Source of the DNA: Rhynchobatus australiae
Taxonomy: Eukaryota
NCBI GenBank assembly: GCA_034780895.1
Contig: JAUZTB010000064.1
Span: 113,182,645-113,246,644, forward strand
Length of the DNA stretch: 64,000 nucleotides
Direction: 5' to 3'
The notes below the pieces were generated by a model. The model worked only from the letters and a program-made list of their open reading frames with translations, was not told the DNA's origin and did not search any database. Made by a program: the position numbers and the translations under genes. This document shows, one piece after another, positions 13,588 through 24,529 of the stretch; position 1 is the stretch's first letter, and the number at the start of each line of letters is the position of its first letter.

Positions 13588-13730
13588 CCAGCTGGTACAA
13601 TTCCGAATGGGATTTTCACGACTGGGACCTTTCCCATTAGGTATGGTTCTGACTGGGAACTTCCCAACAGATACCATCCCAACTGGACATTCCCAACAGG
13701 ACCCTTGCCAGTGGGCACTGCCCAGGCTGA
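13588..13730. repeat. Degenerate 15-bp tandem repeat, about 9 units, consensus near CCAACTGGGACNTTC
   Basis: cgactgggacctttc, ctgactgggaacttc, ccaacagataccatc, ccaactggacattc, ccaacaggacccttg. Confidence 0.6.
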
Positions 13731-13894
13731 GTTCTTCTCAGCAACTATTTTTGCCAATTCTCATCCCTAAGCAGTTGGTTGAGTTAATTCCAAATACAAG
13801 GACGTCAAACCTGAAGGAAGTATCTGCTGAAATATTTTGTAGTTCCCTTGCTGATCTACGTTCCCTTCAAATGCAAGACTTCAACAGTGCAATC

Positions 13895-14065
13895 CTTGTC
13901 TGGATCCACCTATCACCAGCCAGCTCTTGCTCCATCCCTTCCCCCCACCTTTTTCTACTGGCCATCTCCCCTTTTCTTTGCAGTCCAGATGAAGGGTCTT
14001 GACCCGAAACGTCGACTGCCTATTTCCCTCCTTAGATGCTGCCTGACCCTCCAGCACCTTTTGCA
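13895..14065 (+). mobile_element. Penelope-like pseudo-LTR
   Basis: atccacctatcaccagccagctcttgctccatcccttccccc...gatgctgcctgacc; same family as 1-168. Confidence 0.8.
13981..14018 (+). ncRNA. Minimal type I hammerhead ribozyme motif of a Penelope-like element (core variant CAGAUGA)
   Basis: cagtc-cagatga-a-gggtc-tt-gaccc-gaaac-gtc-gactg: stem I cagtc/gactg, stem II gggtc/gaccc, GAAA, GUC cleavage triplet. Confidence 0.65.
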
Positions 14066-14329
14066 TGTACATCTTTAACATGTTTACTGATTATTAGGGA
14101 GGGGTGAGTGGGAGAAATAGTTACTCGCCTGCACAAACTCAGTAATTACATTAATACTAAGGCATCCATATGTCTATAAACAATGCTGTTTATCTGTCTT
14201 GAGGTGAGGACTGGGTCCACTGTTTGGCCATAATTTGTCAGCAGTTTGTCAAGTAAAGCCTCTTTGTTAATCACCTATGGATGTCTTGTGAGTGGCATGT
14301 GAAGCGCACTTATTTGCAGTCTTTGTTTA

Positions 14330-14750
14330 GCAACCCTGCCCACTTGGCTTGAATATAAGAGACATAGGTATAAAAAATAGATCTAGCAAAAAGCAGAGAG
14401 AAAAAAAAACAAAGAGCGTTTCAACTGCAGAAGTGGAAAGAAATAGCTCATGAAGGCTGTAGCTTTAGCCTTATTTGGAGAGATCCAAATTTGGTTGCAT
14501 TAAAAAAAACGTATCATTTTGTTGATAATGTAAAACAGGTGATCTGAAACAAACAGGTAAAACAAGCAATCCAATATATTGCTGCTAAGCTAGATAATCT
14601 GATAAATATTGTATAATCTGCACTCTACAACAATGATTGTCAAACATATGATAATTTCAGTCTGCTAATTTGCTATGATTTGATTTTTTTCACATTTCTG
14701 GTCAGTTCAGAGACATTTTCAGACATTGTTATTGTTTGTCAAATCAAGTA
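14330..14750 (+). pseudogene. Linker and CCHC-knuckle remnant of the same element, inverted
   Basis: LQKWKEIAHEGCSF (W....QG..F), QYIAAKLDNL (A.K.R.N.L), SSETFSDIVIVCQ (ET..HIL..C). Confidence 0.45.
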
Positions 14751-15384
14751 TTGTTAGTTATGGCTTGGCACATTGGGTATCTCAGTTATTGAAGAAAAAG
14801 CTTCAAACAAATGCAACAGGCTTGGTTTTATAATAAATTGCATCAAAATTGGTGATGGCAATAATATACCTGCATAGTCATCCATTGCCACTTATAGATC
14901 TCCTAATCCAGGGTTCACACCTCTGACTAAATTTTTCCAGTACATGTTCACAAACAGTTCTATTGATCATTCTTAAATTAAAATATATGACTTTATAAAA
15001 TATATTGTTGACACAGAGTTTTATTGCTTTTTAGTTAGGACTTTGGAAGTGTTTTTCCAGTCACTATTGGTAAGAGAGGGAAAAAATTCTGCCTGTTGAG
15101 GACAGCATGTGTTCAACCGTAATGTTTTACATCTTTGTATTCTTTAGAGATCAGTAATAATTATCACTAACATAATCAAGAAATACTACATCCAATTTAA
15201 ATTGGAAAAGTACAGAAAACTGTATATGATTATTTTTCACCAACAGAAAGGAGATTTACTGAGCAGTTAAAATTTTCACTAATTTTCTTACAAAGCTGTT
15301 TAAGAATTAGTTTATTGTCCATCTCTCCCTTGACATCAATCCTGAGAACCGAGTCTCCAACAATGAAGCAATAAGCAAAATATT

Positions 15385-15530
15385 ACAAGAAAGGGGAGGC
15401 ATGTAGGGGGTGGAAGTGGGGACAGTGGAAAACAAAGAAGGGAAGGAAAGTAGGGAAGCAGGGAATGAACGAGGAGAGGAGAAAGCGAAGGAAGGAAAGA
15501 AGATAATGTTCGCAAGTTACAGAAGAGAGG
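15385..15530. repeat. GA-rich low-complexity tract
   Basis: Purine-rich run. Confidence 0.7.
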
Positions 15531-15805
15531 AAATTTATAAAACCGAGATGACAATTGATGAACAAGGAATGATGTTTCTTAATAAATTGCCAATTAAATA
15601 ATACAAAATAAATTCATTAAACTCCTGAGGCATTTGCAGATCGTCATTAAACAAACAGCAGTAAGGATGCTCCAAAAGATAAATAAATACTTCTAGTGGT
15701 AAATCAGTAATTCAACAGGCAATGTTGTAGCAAATTGTGAATCAGAATTAAAGAAAATAGAGATTTGATAAATTGAGGGCAAACAGAAAATGACTGTGAA
15801 ATGTG
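15530..15805 (+). pseudogene. RT subdomain 6/7 and thumb start, inverted
   Basis: YKTEMTIDEQGMMFLNKLPIK*YK..FIKLL/GI (KYLGI-like) and ESELKKIEI**IEGKQKMTV (L..I..S.L...QK). Confidence 0.45.
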
Positions 15806-15814
15806 TCTGTGGTG

Positions 15815-16060
15815 GGTGAGACAGTGGTGTGGCTAGAAGAGCTGCTATCTCACAGCTCCCTCGACCCAAGTTCAATCCTGACCACTAGAGCTTACTGTGT
15901 TGAATTTGCAATGTTCTCCCTGTGACCCAGAGACTTTCCTTTTGGTCCCACATCCAAAGACATGTGGTGGGTTATTTGACCACTGTAAATTATCTCTAGT
16001 GAATAAGCAAGTGGTGGAGTTTGGGGGGAGTTGATAGGATTGGAGAGAAATAAAATGGGA
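15815..16060 (+). mobile_element. V-SINE (HE1-like) inserted in the fossil RT
   Basis: gagctgctatctcacagctcc...caagttcaatcctgacc...cccacatccaaagac. Confidence 0.7.
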
Positions 16061-16149
16061 TTTATTTGCCAGATCCTTGTCCACTCACTTTACCTCTTGA
16101 TATCCCTCCATAGTCTATTTTTAGCCTCTTCACAACTTACTTTCCTACC

Positions 16150-16770
16150 CATCTTTTATTGCCTTCAGGCTGATGATTAATGGGCAATGAATATCACTCA
16201 GCAAAGAACAAATTAAGGAAATGTTGGTGAGTGCTTGACACCATTGCACTGGAAAGTTTCTGATCTCTTTCTGATTGTGAATCAGCACTTCAGAAGAAAA
16301 GCTGCCTCTAAGGGAAAGAAACTGGCCGTATAATATCAGTGAAAACAAAATTACAATGTGACGATTCCACATTTCCATTTGTAAAACGCACATTCTGCTG
16401 TATAAATTGGTTCTTGATTTAAAACCAAGAAATTTAAACTGATCACTAAAGTTTTGCTATTCACAAAGTGATACCAGATGACATTGTGATTTAGATAAAC
16501 ATATAAAAGGACACATATTTATTACAAGCCTGACCATCTTAACATTCATTCTGACACATTGATGAGAATTTTCCCGCTGAACCTGACTTTATTTTCCCTA
16601 TTTCTGTTTCTATTGATTATTGGGTATAGATCTAGTCATATGGCAAGATTTCTTATCTGTGTGATCCAGCACAGCCATCAGAAGGTTCCAGAGCTGAGTT
16701 TCTGTGTTTAACCATTTCACATCACAGAAATCTTTGTGCCAGATGGAGAAGCTGAGGTCATTTAACTTGA
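16150..16770 (-). pseudogene. Reverse transcriptase subdomains 0-4 remnant
   Basis: KLND/SASPSG (K..SAPGPDG), SCHMTRSI, FSDQFKFLGF, FTDIIR (D..KAF), NGVKHSPTFP*FVL (GVKQG.PLSP.LF), PLIISLKAIKDG, all in the expected order. Confidence 0.6.
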
Positions 16771-17683
16771 ACATCATTCACAATGCACAAGGGGAGTGAG
16801 CAGAATGCAGTGATTTATTGTAAATCAATCCAATGCTTTTAACAGCTAGAAAAGTATAATCATTAAAAATATCAGTATTGCAATATTAAACTGCAATTTA
16901 TAATCACACCATGAGTTGAAAATGATTATTAATCACTTGACAGGCCACTTAGAATGTTAAAGAAGTTGATAATGCTGCTTTAAATTATTTTGTAATGCTA
17001 TAATGTTTATAATGAACACAACAACAGAAAATACTTGGTTTTTGCAGATATCATTTAATAAATTGGTCAAAGTTGTATTTTTTAATTGTTTTTATATGAT
17101 AATTTTACATTGTTTTACTTTGATATTTGCTTTGTGAGTCATGTCTGATTTTCTTAAGTGTTGGAAACAATTCTTTAATGATTGAAAACTCTTCTATACT
17201 AATTGTATTCAAAGAAGAGGTTTCAGAAGTATGAATGATTGTTTAGGTTATAATTACCTTCTGTCCAATCAATAGGTTTTCTCTTCCATTTTTAACATCC
17301 TTAAAAATGTAATAGTATGCATCTATATACGTAATCTTCCAGTTTTTATATAGGTTGTTAACAATTGAACTGGGCTCTGAATACTTTAATACATCTGCTA
17401 AGATGGTTAAATTTATTTTCTTCTATGTGACTCTTCAATCTTTTTCTTTCTTTATTCCCATTTTACACTATTTTAAACACTCCATAATTTCATCTGTTAA
17501 TTGCTGTATACTCAGTGAGGTGCTTGAAATCACATTTATTAAAATCCTTGAGAATGATTTTGCTCTTAATAGATTTTTTGTGGAACCTTACAATTGTTTT
17601 ATTATTTGTCATTTGAGAAGCAGTCGATACAGGATATTTTATTTTTGGTTGAGTCTTTGTTGCAGTAAAATCTGCATTCTTGA

Positions 17684-18498
17684 AGTATGTCCACATGAAA
17701 TGCTGTCACGTAGGTAGGCAGCATATCCTACTTAGTCATGCTGTTTATGACGGTACTCCACACCTGTTGTCTGTATCATAGGAAGTTCCATGGGAATTTA
17801 TGCAATTCCTGGCATTGCTTATTGTTGTCCTGGGAACATGATGTACCCAAATATATAAAAATCTGTGGCACTGGAAGCAATCAACATAGATCGTTGAAAA
17901 TAATTGGCATAATTCGGGTTTTATCTCTAAGGGGCTGATCAACAAATGTGATCACATATCTCAGCTGAATGTATAGCAATGAAAGAGAATATTATAGTAT
18001 CTTTAACATTATCAAAGAAGCAAAATTGATAAAAGCAGACTGAAAGGTCTGGCATAAGGAGGGATGGATTCAAGATTATGGACAAGAAATTCTTCTGCAC
18101 CAGAAAAGACTTGTTAATTAAATAAGAGACTTGTTTTGTGTGAAGACTGCCTGGTGCAAACTCCATTGCACATTAGGTCTGAGTTAGGAGTTGCGATTGG
18201 GTGGGGGTGGGTTGATCATAATCTGCCCGGTNNNNNNNNNNGAGCCACAGTAAGGGCTAAGTTTGTATTTAAAGTAAATGCAGCCATGTGTGCAGGACCC
18301 ATAGGTGATTTTGCATATTTTCTTAAAGAACCATTAAATATGTTTTTCAATGAAATTCTATCATATCGTGCACATAAGTGTTTTAAGAGATTTAAGATAA
18401 ATGCAGTAGAAAAAGATTTTTTTTTACAGAGACGGCTAAGCTATGAATTTAGTTTGAAAATCTGTCAAAATAATAGTTTAATTCCAGTGTTTCTAAAA
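17684..18498 (-). pseudogene. Ubiquitin-specific protease (USP/peptidase C19) domain remnant
   Basis: Cys-box-like FRNTGI/NYYFDRFSN*IHSL (18440-18498), QVFSGAEEFL (18081-18113), CQLFSTIYVDCFQCHR Zn-ribbon (~17862-17912), His-box-like KQHD*VGYAAYLRDSISCGHT (17684-17746). Confidence 0.6.
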
Positions 18499-18704
18499 TG
18501 AAGATATACCTACATGATGACTCCAACAGTATTTAAAAACTGTATTTATCNNNNNNNNNNNNNNNNNNNNNNNNNNNNNNNNNNNNNNNNNNNNNNNNNN
18601 NNNNNNNNNNNNNNNNNNNNNNNNNNNNNNNNNNNNNNNNNNNNNNNNNNNNNNNNNNNNNNNNNNNNNNNNNNNNNNNNNNNNNNNNNNNNNNNNNNNN
18701 NNNA

Positions 18705-18790
18705 ATATGACACCTGGCATATGAGTGTTAGCAGAAGGGTACACGATGCCTGCTGGGAAAGTACTTTTGGCATTTTGCACTGTCAGTGTT
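18705..18790 (-). pseudogene. N-terminal CCHC zinc finger remnant (R2/Utopia type)
   Basis: With frameshifts: QC..CQKYFPSRH...SANTH/YARC; another Cys pair (SRCWDCDRL) at ~19015-19040. Confidence 0.5.
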
Positions 18791-20149
18791 TAGAGGAGAG
18801 CAATTTAATCATAGATCATGACCATTTGTAGAAAATGACCAATTTAATCATAGATCATTACTGCAAGCAGGTAAAACATAATAGCCTTTGACTCCTACCG
18901 AAGTTGTTACTAGAAAACTAAAGACAAGGGGCTAACTGAAACACTTGGTCTGCAGTTTTATCCTTCTGGTCAACCTGTTCATTTCTACATATAATATAAT
19001 CATTATGTGTAATAAGTCTGTCACAGTCCCAACACCTGCTTTGTTTTAATGAGTGGGATTGAGAACACAATTCATCATTGCCTTTTATGTTGTTAGTCGT
19101 ACACTGAGTCATATAAACTGAGCAAGACTGAGCATGCAACTAAGTATATAAAAGGCAATACATTTCACTTGATATCCATCATCTATAAGTTATTTCAGTT
19201 GTTTAATGAGTCAGTTCAATTATTACTGATGTTCAAGTGTTAGTCTTGACACCAGCTGGTGAGCTTTAACAAAAAGAGTTCCTAGACCACTCTATCTTTA
19301 TAAAAATGAAGTTGCAACTAACTTGAAGATTCTACTAATGTCAGGATTAGAGCAAATATATTCAAGCAAAAGTAAACAAAATCATAAAAGGAAGAACTGT
19401 TCAATTGTTGATTTTTATGGCTACTAAGTTGAATATCTTCAATCATTGAACATGGAATTTTTTCTCTTTCTTTTCCTCAGTCATCTTGTCCGGAAGATGC
19501 TACTTTTTTATGGTGGATTATGATTGTAGAATAGTAGCTCTTGTAATGGTATCTTGTGTGAGTTTAGTCTGTGAGAACTGTTGGGAGAACTTGAGTATGG
19601 CGACTGTCAAAACAAGCCCAGTACTGCACTTAATTGTTGCTCCTAAGAATATAATTGTTGGCTGCTGTTCTTGGACAGAAATTAGAACCATGAACCCTAA
19701 AGGAGTTTGAAACTCAATTTGAATATGTTGGAAACTCTCAACAGGTCAGGCAGTATCTGTGAAAGCATAAATAGAGTTAACACTTCAGTTGAAGACCCAG
19801 CATTAGACATGAGAATATGAGAAAACAAATTAGGCGCAAGTTGCAGAGAGGGTGGGGGAGGGAAAGATGGGTCAAAGGGAATATCTCTGATGGGGCGAGG
19901 CCAGGGTCATTGACGTGATCCAGTTGTTTACAAAACTGTTTGTTTAATAGATTAATGTGGGCATTCAGAGAGAAGGACAATGAACAAAAGGTCATGAAAA
20001 AGCTATACAATACAGGTCAGAGCTGTTTCTGAAATATGAAACCAAAAGGAGAGTGCTGGAAATGCTCGGCAGATCAGATCATTTTGTGGAGAGAGAAAAC
20101 CTAAGTTAATATTATGGGTGGATAACCTTGTATTAGGAATGGGCAGACC

Positions 20150-20530
20150 CAAACTGGAACTGTTTTCTGTGGACAGGACTGTTTTCACTGGAGCGAAGGA
20201 GGTTAAGGGGTGACCTTATAGAGGTTTATAAAGTCGTGAAAGGCACAGATATGGCAACTGATCACAGTCATTTCTCAAAGTAGGGGAGTCTAAAACTAGG
20301 GGGCATAGGGCTTGGGTGAGGTGGGGGGGGGGGGATGGACTGGGATGAGCTGCCAGAAGAAGCTGTAGAGGTCAGAACAATGACAATGTTTAAAAGACAT
20401 TTGGGCACGCTCGTGGATAGGCAAGGTTCTGTGGGATATAGGCTAAATGCAGGCAATGGGACTACCTCAGGAAGGTACCTTGGTTGCCATGAACAAGTTG
20501 GGCTGAAGGGCCTGTTTCTATGCTCTATAA
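20150..20530 (+). mobile_element. CR1 3' fragment nested in the Penelope element
   Basis: ttttcactggagcgaaggaggttaaggggtgaccttatagaggtttataa...gggctgaagggcctgtttctatgctctataac. Confidence 0.85.
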
Positions 20531-21208
20531 CCCAAACAGAAGATGATGAGCTGTTCTTCAGGCTTTATGTTGGGCCATGTTGGAACCGTGCAGAAGGCCA
20601 CAGGTAGGCCAGAGTGGGTTCCAGTGACAGGCTGCTGGAAATTCAGGGTTGCCCTGCAGACTGAAAAGAAGCACTCTGCAAAGCAGTCACCCAATCTGCA
20701 GTTGGTTTCTCCAGTATAAAGGAGAGCATGTGGTGAGCACCAAATGCAATACCCTAAATTGGAGGCAGTGCAATTGAATTGCTGCTTCAATGGGAAGGAC
20801 TGTTCTAGCCCCTAGATAGTCAATGGGGACAAGATAAAGGAGCGAGTATTGCATTTCCTACAGCTGCATGGGAAAGTGCCCTAGAAGGGAGTGGTTGGTG
20901 GAGATGAAAAAGTGAACCAGGGAGTTGTGAAGAAAATGATCCCATCTGAATGCTGAGAGGGGAAGGTGCATCCAAATCTCAGTGAAGGAGGAGGAAATTA
21001 TGAAGGATAATCCATTGAATTCAGAGGCTGAATAAGGTGGGATTACTGGAACTCTCTCATTGCTCTGACCAATAGCAGAGGTGCAGGAAACTGAGAGGTG
21101 ATCAAGGGTTTTGTCCACTATGATAATGGGGAAGCCATAGTTAAAGAAAAAGGAATATATCTCAGAGGCACTCATGTGAAAAGTCTAGTCATCAGAGTTG
21201 ATACGCTG

Positions 21209-21402
21209 GAGACAGAAGAATGAAAGAAGAAAGGTGGGTGGAATTATAGCTGACCAACAAACAATTGGGCCCGTCCTGATGCGGGGTTTCAACCTGAAGC
21301 ATCGACGATTCTTTTCCTCCCAGAGATGCAGCTTTACCCACTGACTTCTTCCAGCAGATTGTTTGTTGCTGCAGATTCCAGCATCTGCAGTCTTTTGTCT
21401 CT
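21209..21402 (+). mobile_element. Short Penelope pLTR-derived element with degenerate hammerhead
   Basis: cgtcctgatgcggggtttcaacctgaagcatcgacg; gattccagcatctgcagtcttttgtctc. Confidence 0.65.
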
Positions 21403-23989
21403 CAGAAATGTAGTTGAGATGGCTATGGGAATCTGTGGGCTTGTATTGGAAATTGGTCACTAGACTATTCACAGATATGGAGGCAAAAATCCAGAAACCC
21501 AAAAAGGGAAGGGGAAAATCAGGGATGGACTATGTAAAATAGAAAATGTTTTGAGAACCACATGACCTAAATGAATTTTAACTTGCAATAGAAATTTGTT
21601 AGCAAAACTAACAGTTTTCAGAGATCCAATGGAGGCTTAGTGACACATACTTATCCATGAACATAGCAAAAAGGGAGCATGATTGTTTTTTGCATTTCAT
21701 AAATTAAAATCAGTTATCATACTTAATAGATTGCAATATAAATGTAACTTTTATCACAAATCTTTCNNNNNNNNNNNNCTGCAGTAATCTGAAGGGGAGA
21801 CAATATAAATAATACATTATATTCCTTTCACGTTTGTAGAGAATAGTTAAATCAATAGTTTCAAAAAAAGAATATAATGCTCAAAGGGCATTTTAAAAGT
21901 ATGAATTGTGTCAAAATAATTTAAATCAATTTTCTAAACCAGAATTTTCTTTGTAAGGAAACGTATAAGGTTTCCTTAAAATTTGGAGTCAGCACATTTG
22001 TTAATAGCTCACTTTCAGGTATTGTTTAGATGAGGCCCAAAGTGTACAGGTTTTGGAAGCCCAGCTGCATTTCCAATTGAGATATACAGGTGTTCCAAAT
22101 CGACATCAGTGTCGTGTGTCATGTCACTTTTCCAGCTAGTTGTGTAACTGTTAAAGAAGTCTGTAGGTTTGTTGATGGCATTTGCATTCTGTTAAGTGTT
22201 GAATTCTCAATAAAACTCATGGCAATAAGGTGACAAGCATATGGGTATAACGTTTATAACTTAATGTTTTCAATTGGAGTTCCATACCATATTTTGTCTG
22301 GGTTGAAACTTTTAGTGAAAGCAAAGATCCAGACAGCAGGAAGTCAAGAGATCAGTGTCTGGATCAGCAATGAATTACAATGATGTACAAGCAGAATATT
22401 GTTCCATTACATAGACAAAACTCCAAATCCCATGCACAGTATAAAGGCTTGTAGGATTGTGAAATGGACTTTGTTAAACTTGTACCTAAGTTAAATATGC
22501 GGTTATATTTCTTTTTTTTTAGTTTTTGAACCCAACTTCATTTAACTCTTGGTGAGATACTTTGCTTCACCAGTCCAGTTTCTGTTATGGGAAGGGATTT
22601 ATGTTTCTGGATTGGGATGTGTTAGCCTTTTGCTTGCAGCAATTAGTGAATTGATTTGATATTGAGCCAGAAATTGAGTGGTGGAGGGGATGATATGCTG
22701 CATAGAAACATATCATACCATGTCAGTTTTCATTAGCCTGACTTTTGTCTTTAGAGTGCTTTGATATCATTTTCTAATATTGCTCATTCATAAACAGCAA
22801 GAATGAAGGAGGATTACTGATTCCTGTTCAAGATGATGCATGCAATCTGATTCAGCTTTCCACAATGAGAACACAAAGTTGTGTGTGTTTATGTATGTGT
22901 GAATGTGCTGACAGCTGCTTTCTCTGAGGACAGGGATGTTTTGCATTAACAGAGAGATGGCATACAAAGAACTAACTTCCTTTTCCTCTGCTTGTGAGCT
23001 ATTAACCTCTACATGATGTAGAACTTTTTTCCCACGATGTTCAGTAAAGCTGGTGACTCTCAAATAACTTGTGTAGAAAGGCTTTGTTTGTGTACAAATG
23101 ATACTATCAACCTGGTTTGTCAAAAATCCATTTGGAGTACTGACTTCCAGTTGCAGTTTCTAATCCTGAAAGAACTTCCAGGACATACAAGTAAATGAGA
23201 TACTATTTTATCAGAAAGCAGTGTAGTAGGGGTAGGGAATGAAAGTATTTGAAATTAATTACTTGGACTTTGTCTGGAAGCAGCATGTAGAACTTCTACT
23301 TTTTAAAAAAAAACATGCAGTTAGCTTTGAAATTAACCCATCTAGGTATAAGATTTCTTTTGCCCTCCTGAACGTGTAAGTATATTTCCTAGCTGCACAG
23401 ATTTTAAGACTTGTATTGTTTCCAGATTTAAGAGCTCCTTATTTTATAATCTGTTATCTGTTACAGTCTTAATCTTCTTGTAAAGTGTTTCCTTTAATAA
23501 AACTAAATATATAATTTAAAAATAACAGGAGATCTGTAATATTACTTTTGGAAGTGTGAGCAAGAGGTATGTTATGAATGAGATATTTGATATATGCTCT
23601 GTATTGGTGAGGGATACATTATAGTGAGATGTGACATTTGGTTTCTTTTAATGAAGGAGCTATAAAATGCATTATGTCTTGTGTATGGCTGCTTATGCAA
23701 CAGATTAAAGTTGAAAACAGATTAAAGGAGAAGATTGTGAATCCACTCGATATCTTTGGGTGAGGGTGTATGAATAGGTGCTATGTGATCACTAAAAGAT
23801 CATTAAGGACAAGGAATGACAGGCATGCACCAGCTTGGGCCTTTTCTTCAATTTTCATTTGTGTGGCAAGATTTCTGATCTTCAGTTGACCAGTTATTTT
23901 AAGGAAGGTTAAACCAGAAATTTATGTAGATTTGTGAGTGATAGTAAAAGGCCACTGCACTATTTTCTTTTAAGATATTCCTATCCGTT

Positions 23990-24295
23990 CCTGAAATCAC
24001 TGTCTCATCTTGGGCTGCTCAAGTGGCACCTGCTTCCTTGATTGAGCTGATGAAATAAAATTCATTGATTTAACCATGGATTTTAAAAGAAGAGAATGCC
24101 CTGTTCTTTTCTGATGTCCATACCTTCTGCCAGAAGTCGGTGGATAGTAATGGCTAATTTATTTCTTCCCCCTACCCTTCTCGCTCAAGCAAACTGAGGC
24201 CAATTATGGTGTAGTTACTGTTGCCTTGGCAAAGATCAGATAACTAAGCACAGATCAAACGTGGCACCTTCTGGTTCACGCAGTGTAATATCCAA
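23990..24295 (-). mobile_element. AmnSINE2-like ancient SINE
   Basis: Reverse strand accagaaggtgccacgtttgatctgtgcttagttatctgatct...ataattggcctcag resembles the AmnSINE2 consensus as recalled. Confidence 0.55.
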
Positions 24296-24529
24296 AATAA
24301 ATAAAGCCATGATTTGCAGCAGTGAAAGACTTCAAAATCCATCAAAGGAAATGTCACTGATTCAAGTGTAATACTTATTTTCTGGTCTGGATGTTCAGTG
24401 TTATTTTCCAGTTTCATTCTTTTTTTTTAAAAAAAACATGTTTTTACTAAACTTACATTGTCTTCGGCTACACGTTTTGCTTTTCAAGTCCTGGCCACGT
24501 CTTAGTTTGGACCCATATTCAAAAACAGC

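Larger units (their letters stand above)
12260..19100 (-). mobile_element. Fossil RLE-type (R2/NeSL/Utopia-like) non-LTR retrotransposon with a USP-like domain; decayed and internally inverted
   Basis: Motif remnants read across stops and frameshifts: zinc finger 18705-18790, USP 17684-18498, RT 16150-16770, thumb/linker pieces on the plus strand, RLE 12260-12715. Confidence 0.65.
19720..21545 (-). mobile_element. Penelope-like element (RT C-terminus, GIY-YIG, tandem pLTRs), decayed, with nested insertions
   Basis: GIY-YIG remnant SNLGYCIWCSPHALLYTGETNCRLGDCFAE (20518-20790); YKPTDSHSHL; FFFNYGFP; pLTR copies at ~19720 and ~20040. Confidence 0.85.

Noticed and set aside
18801-18860. Short direct duplication caatttaatcatagatcat (similar case at ~6790-6830)
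   Set aside because: Two-copy local duplications with no spacer array; not CRISPR-like.
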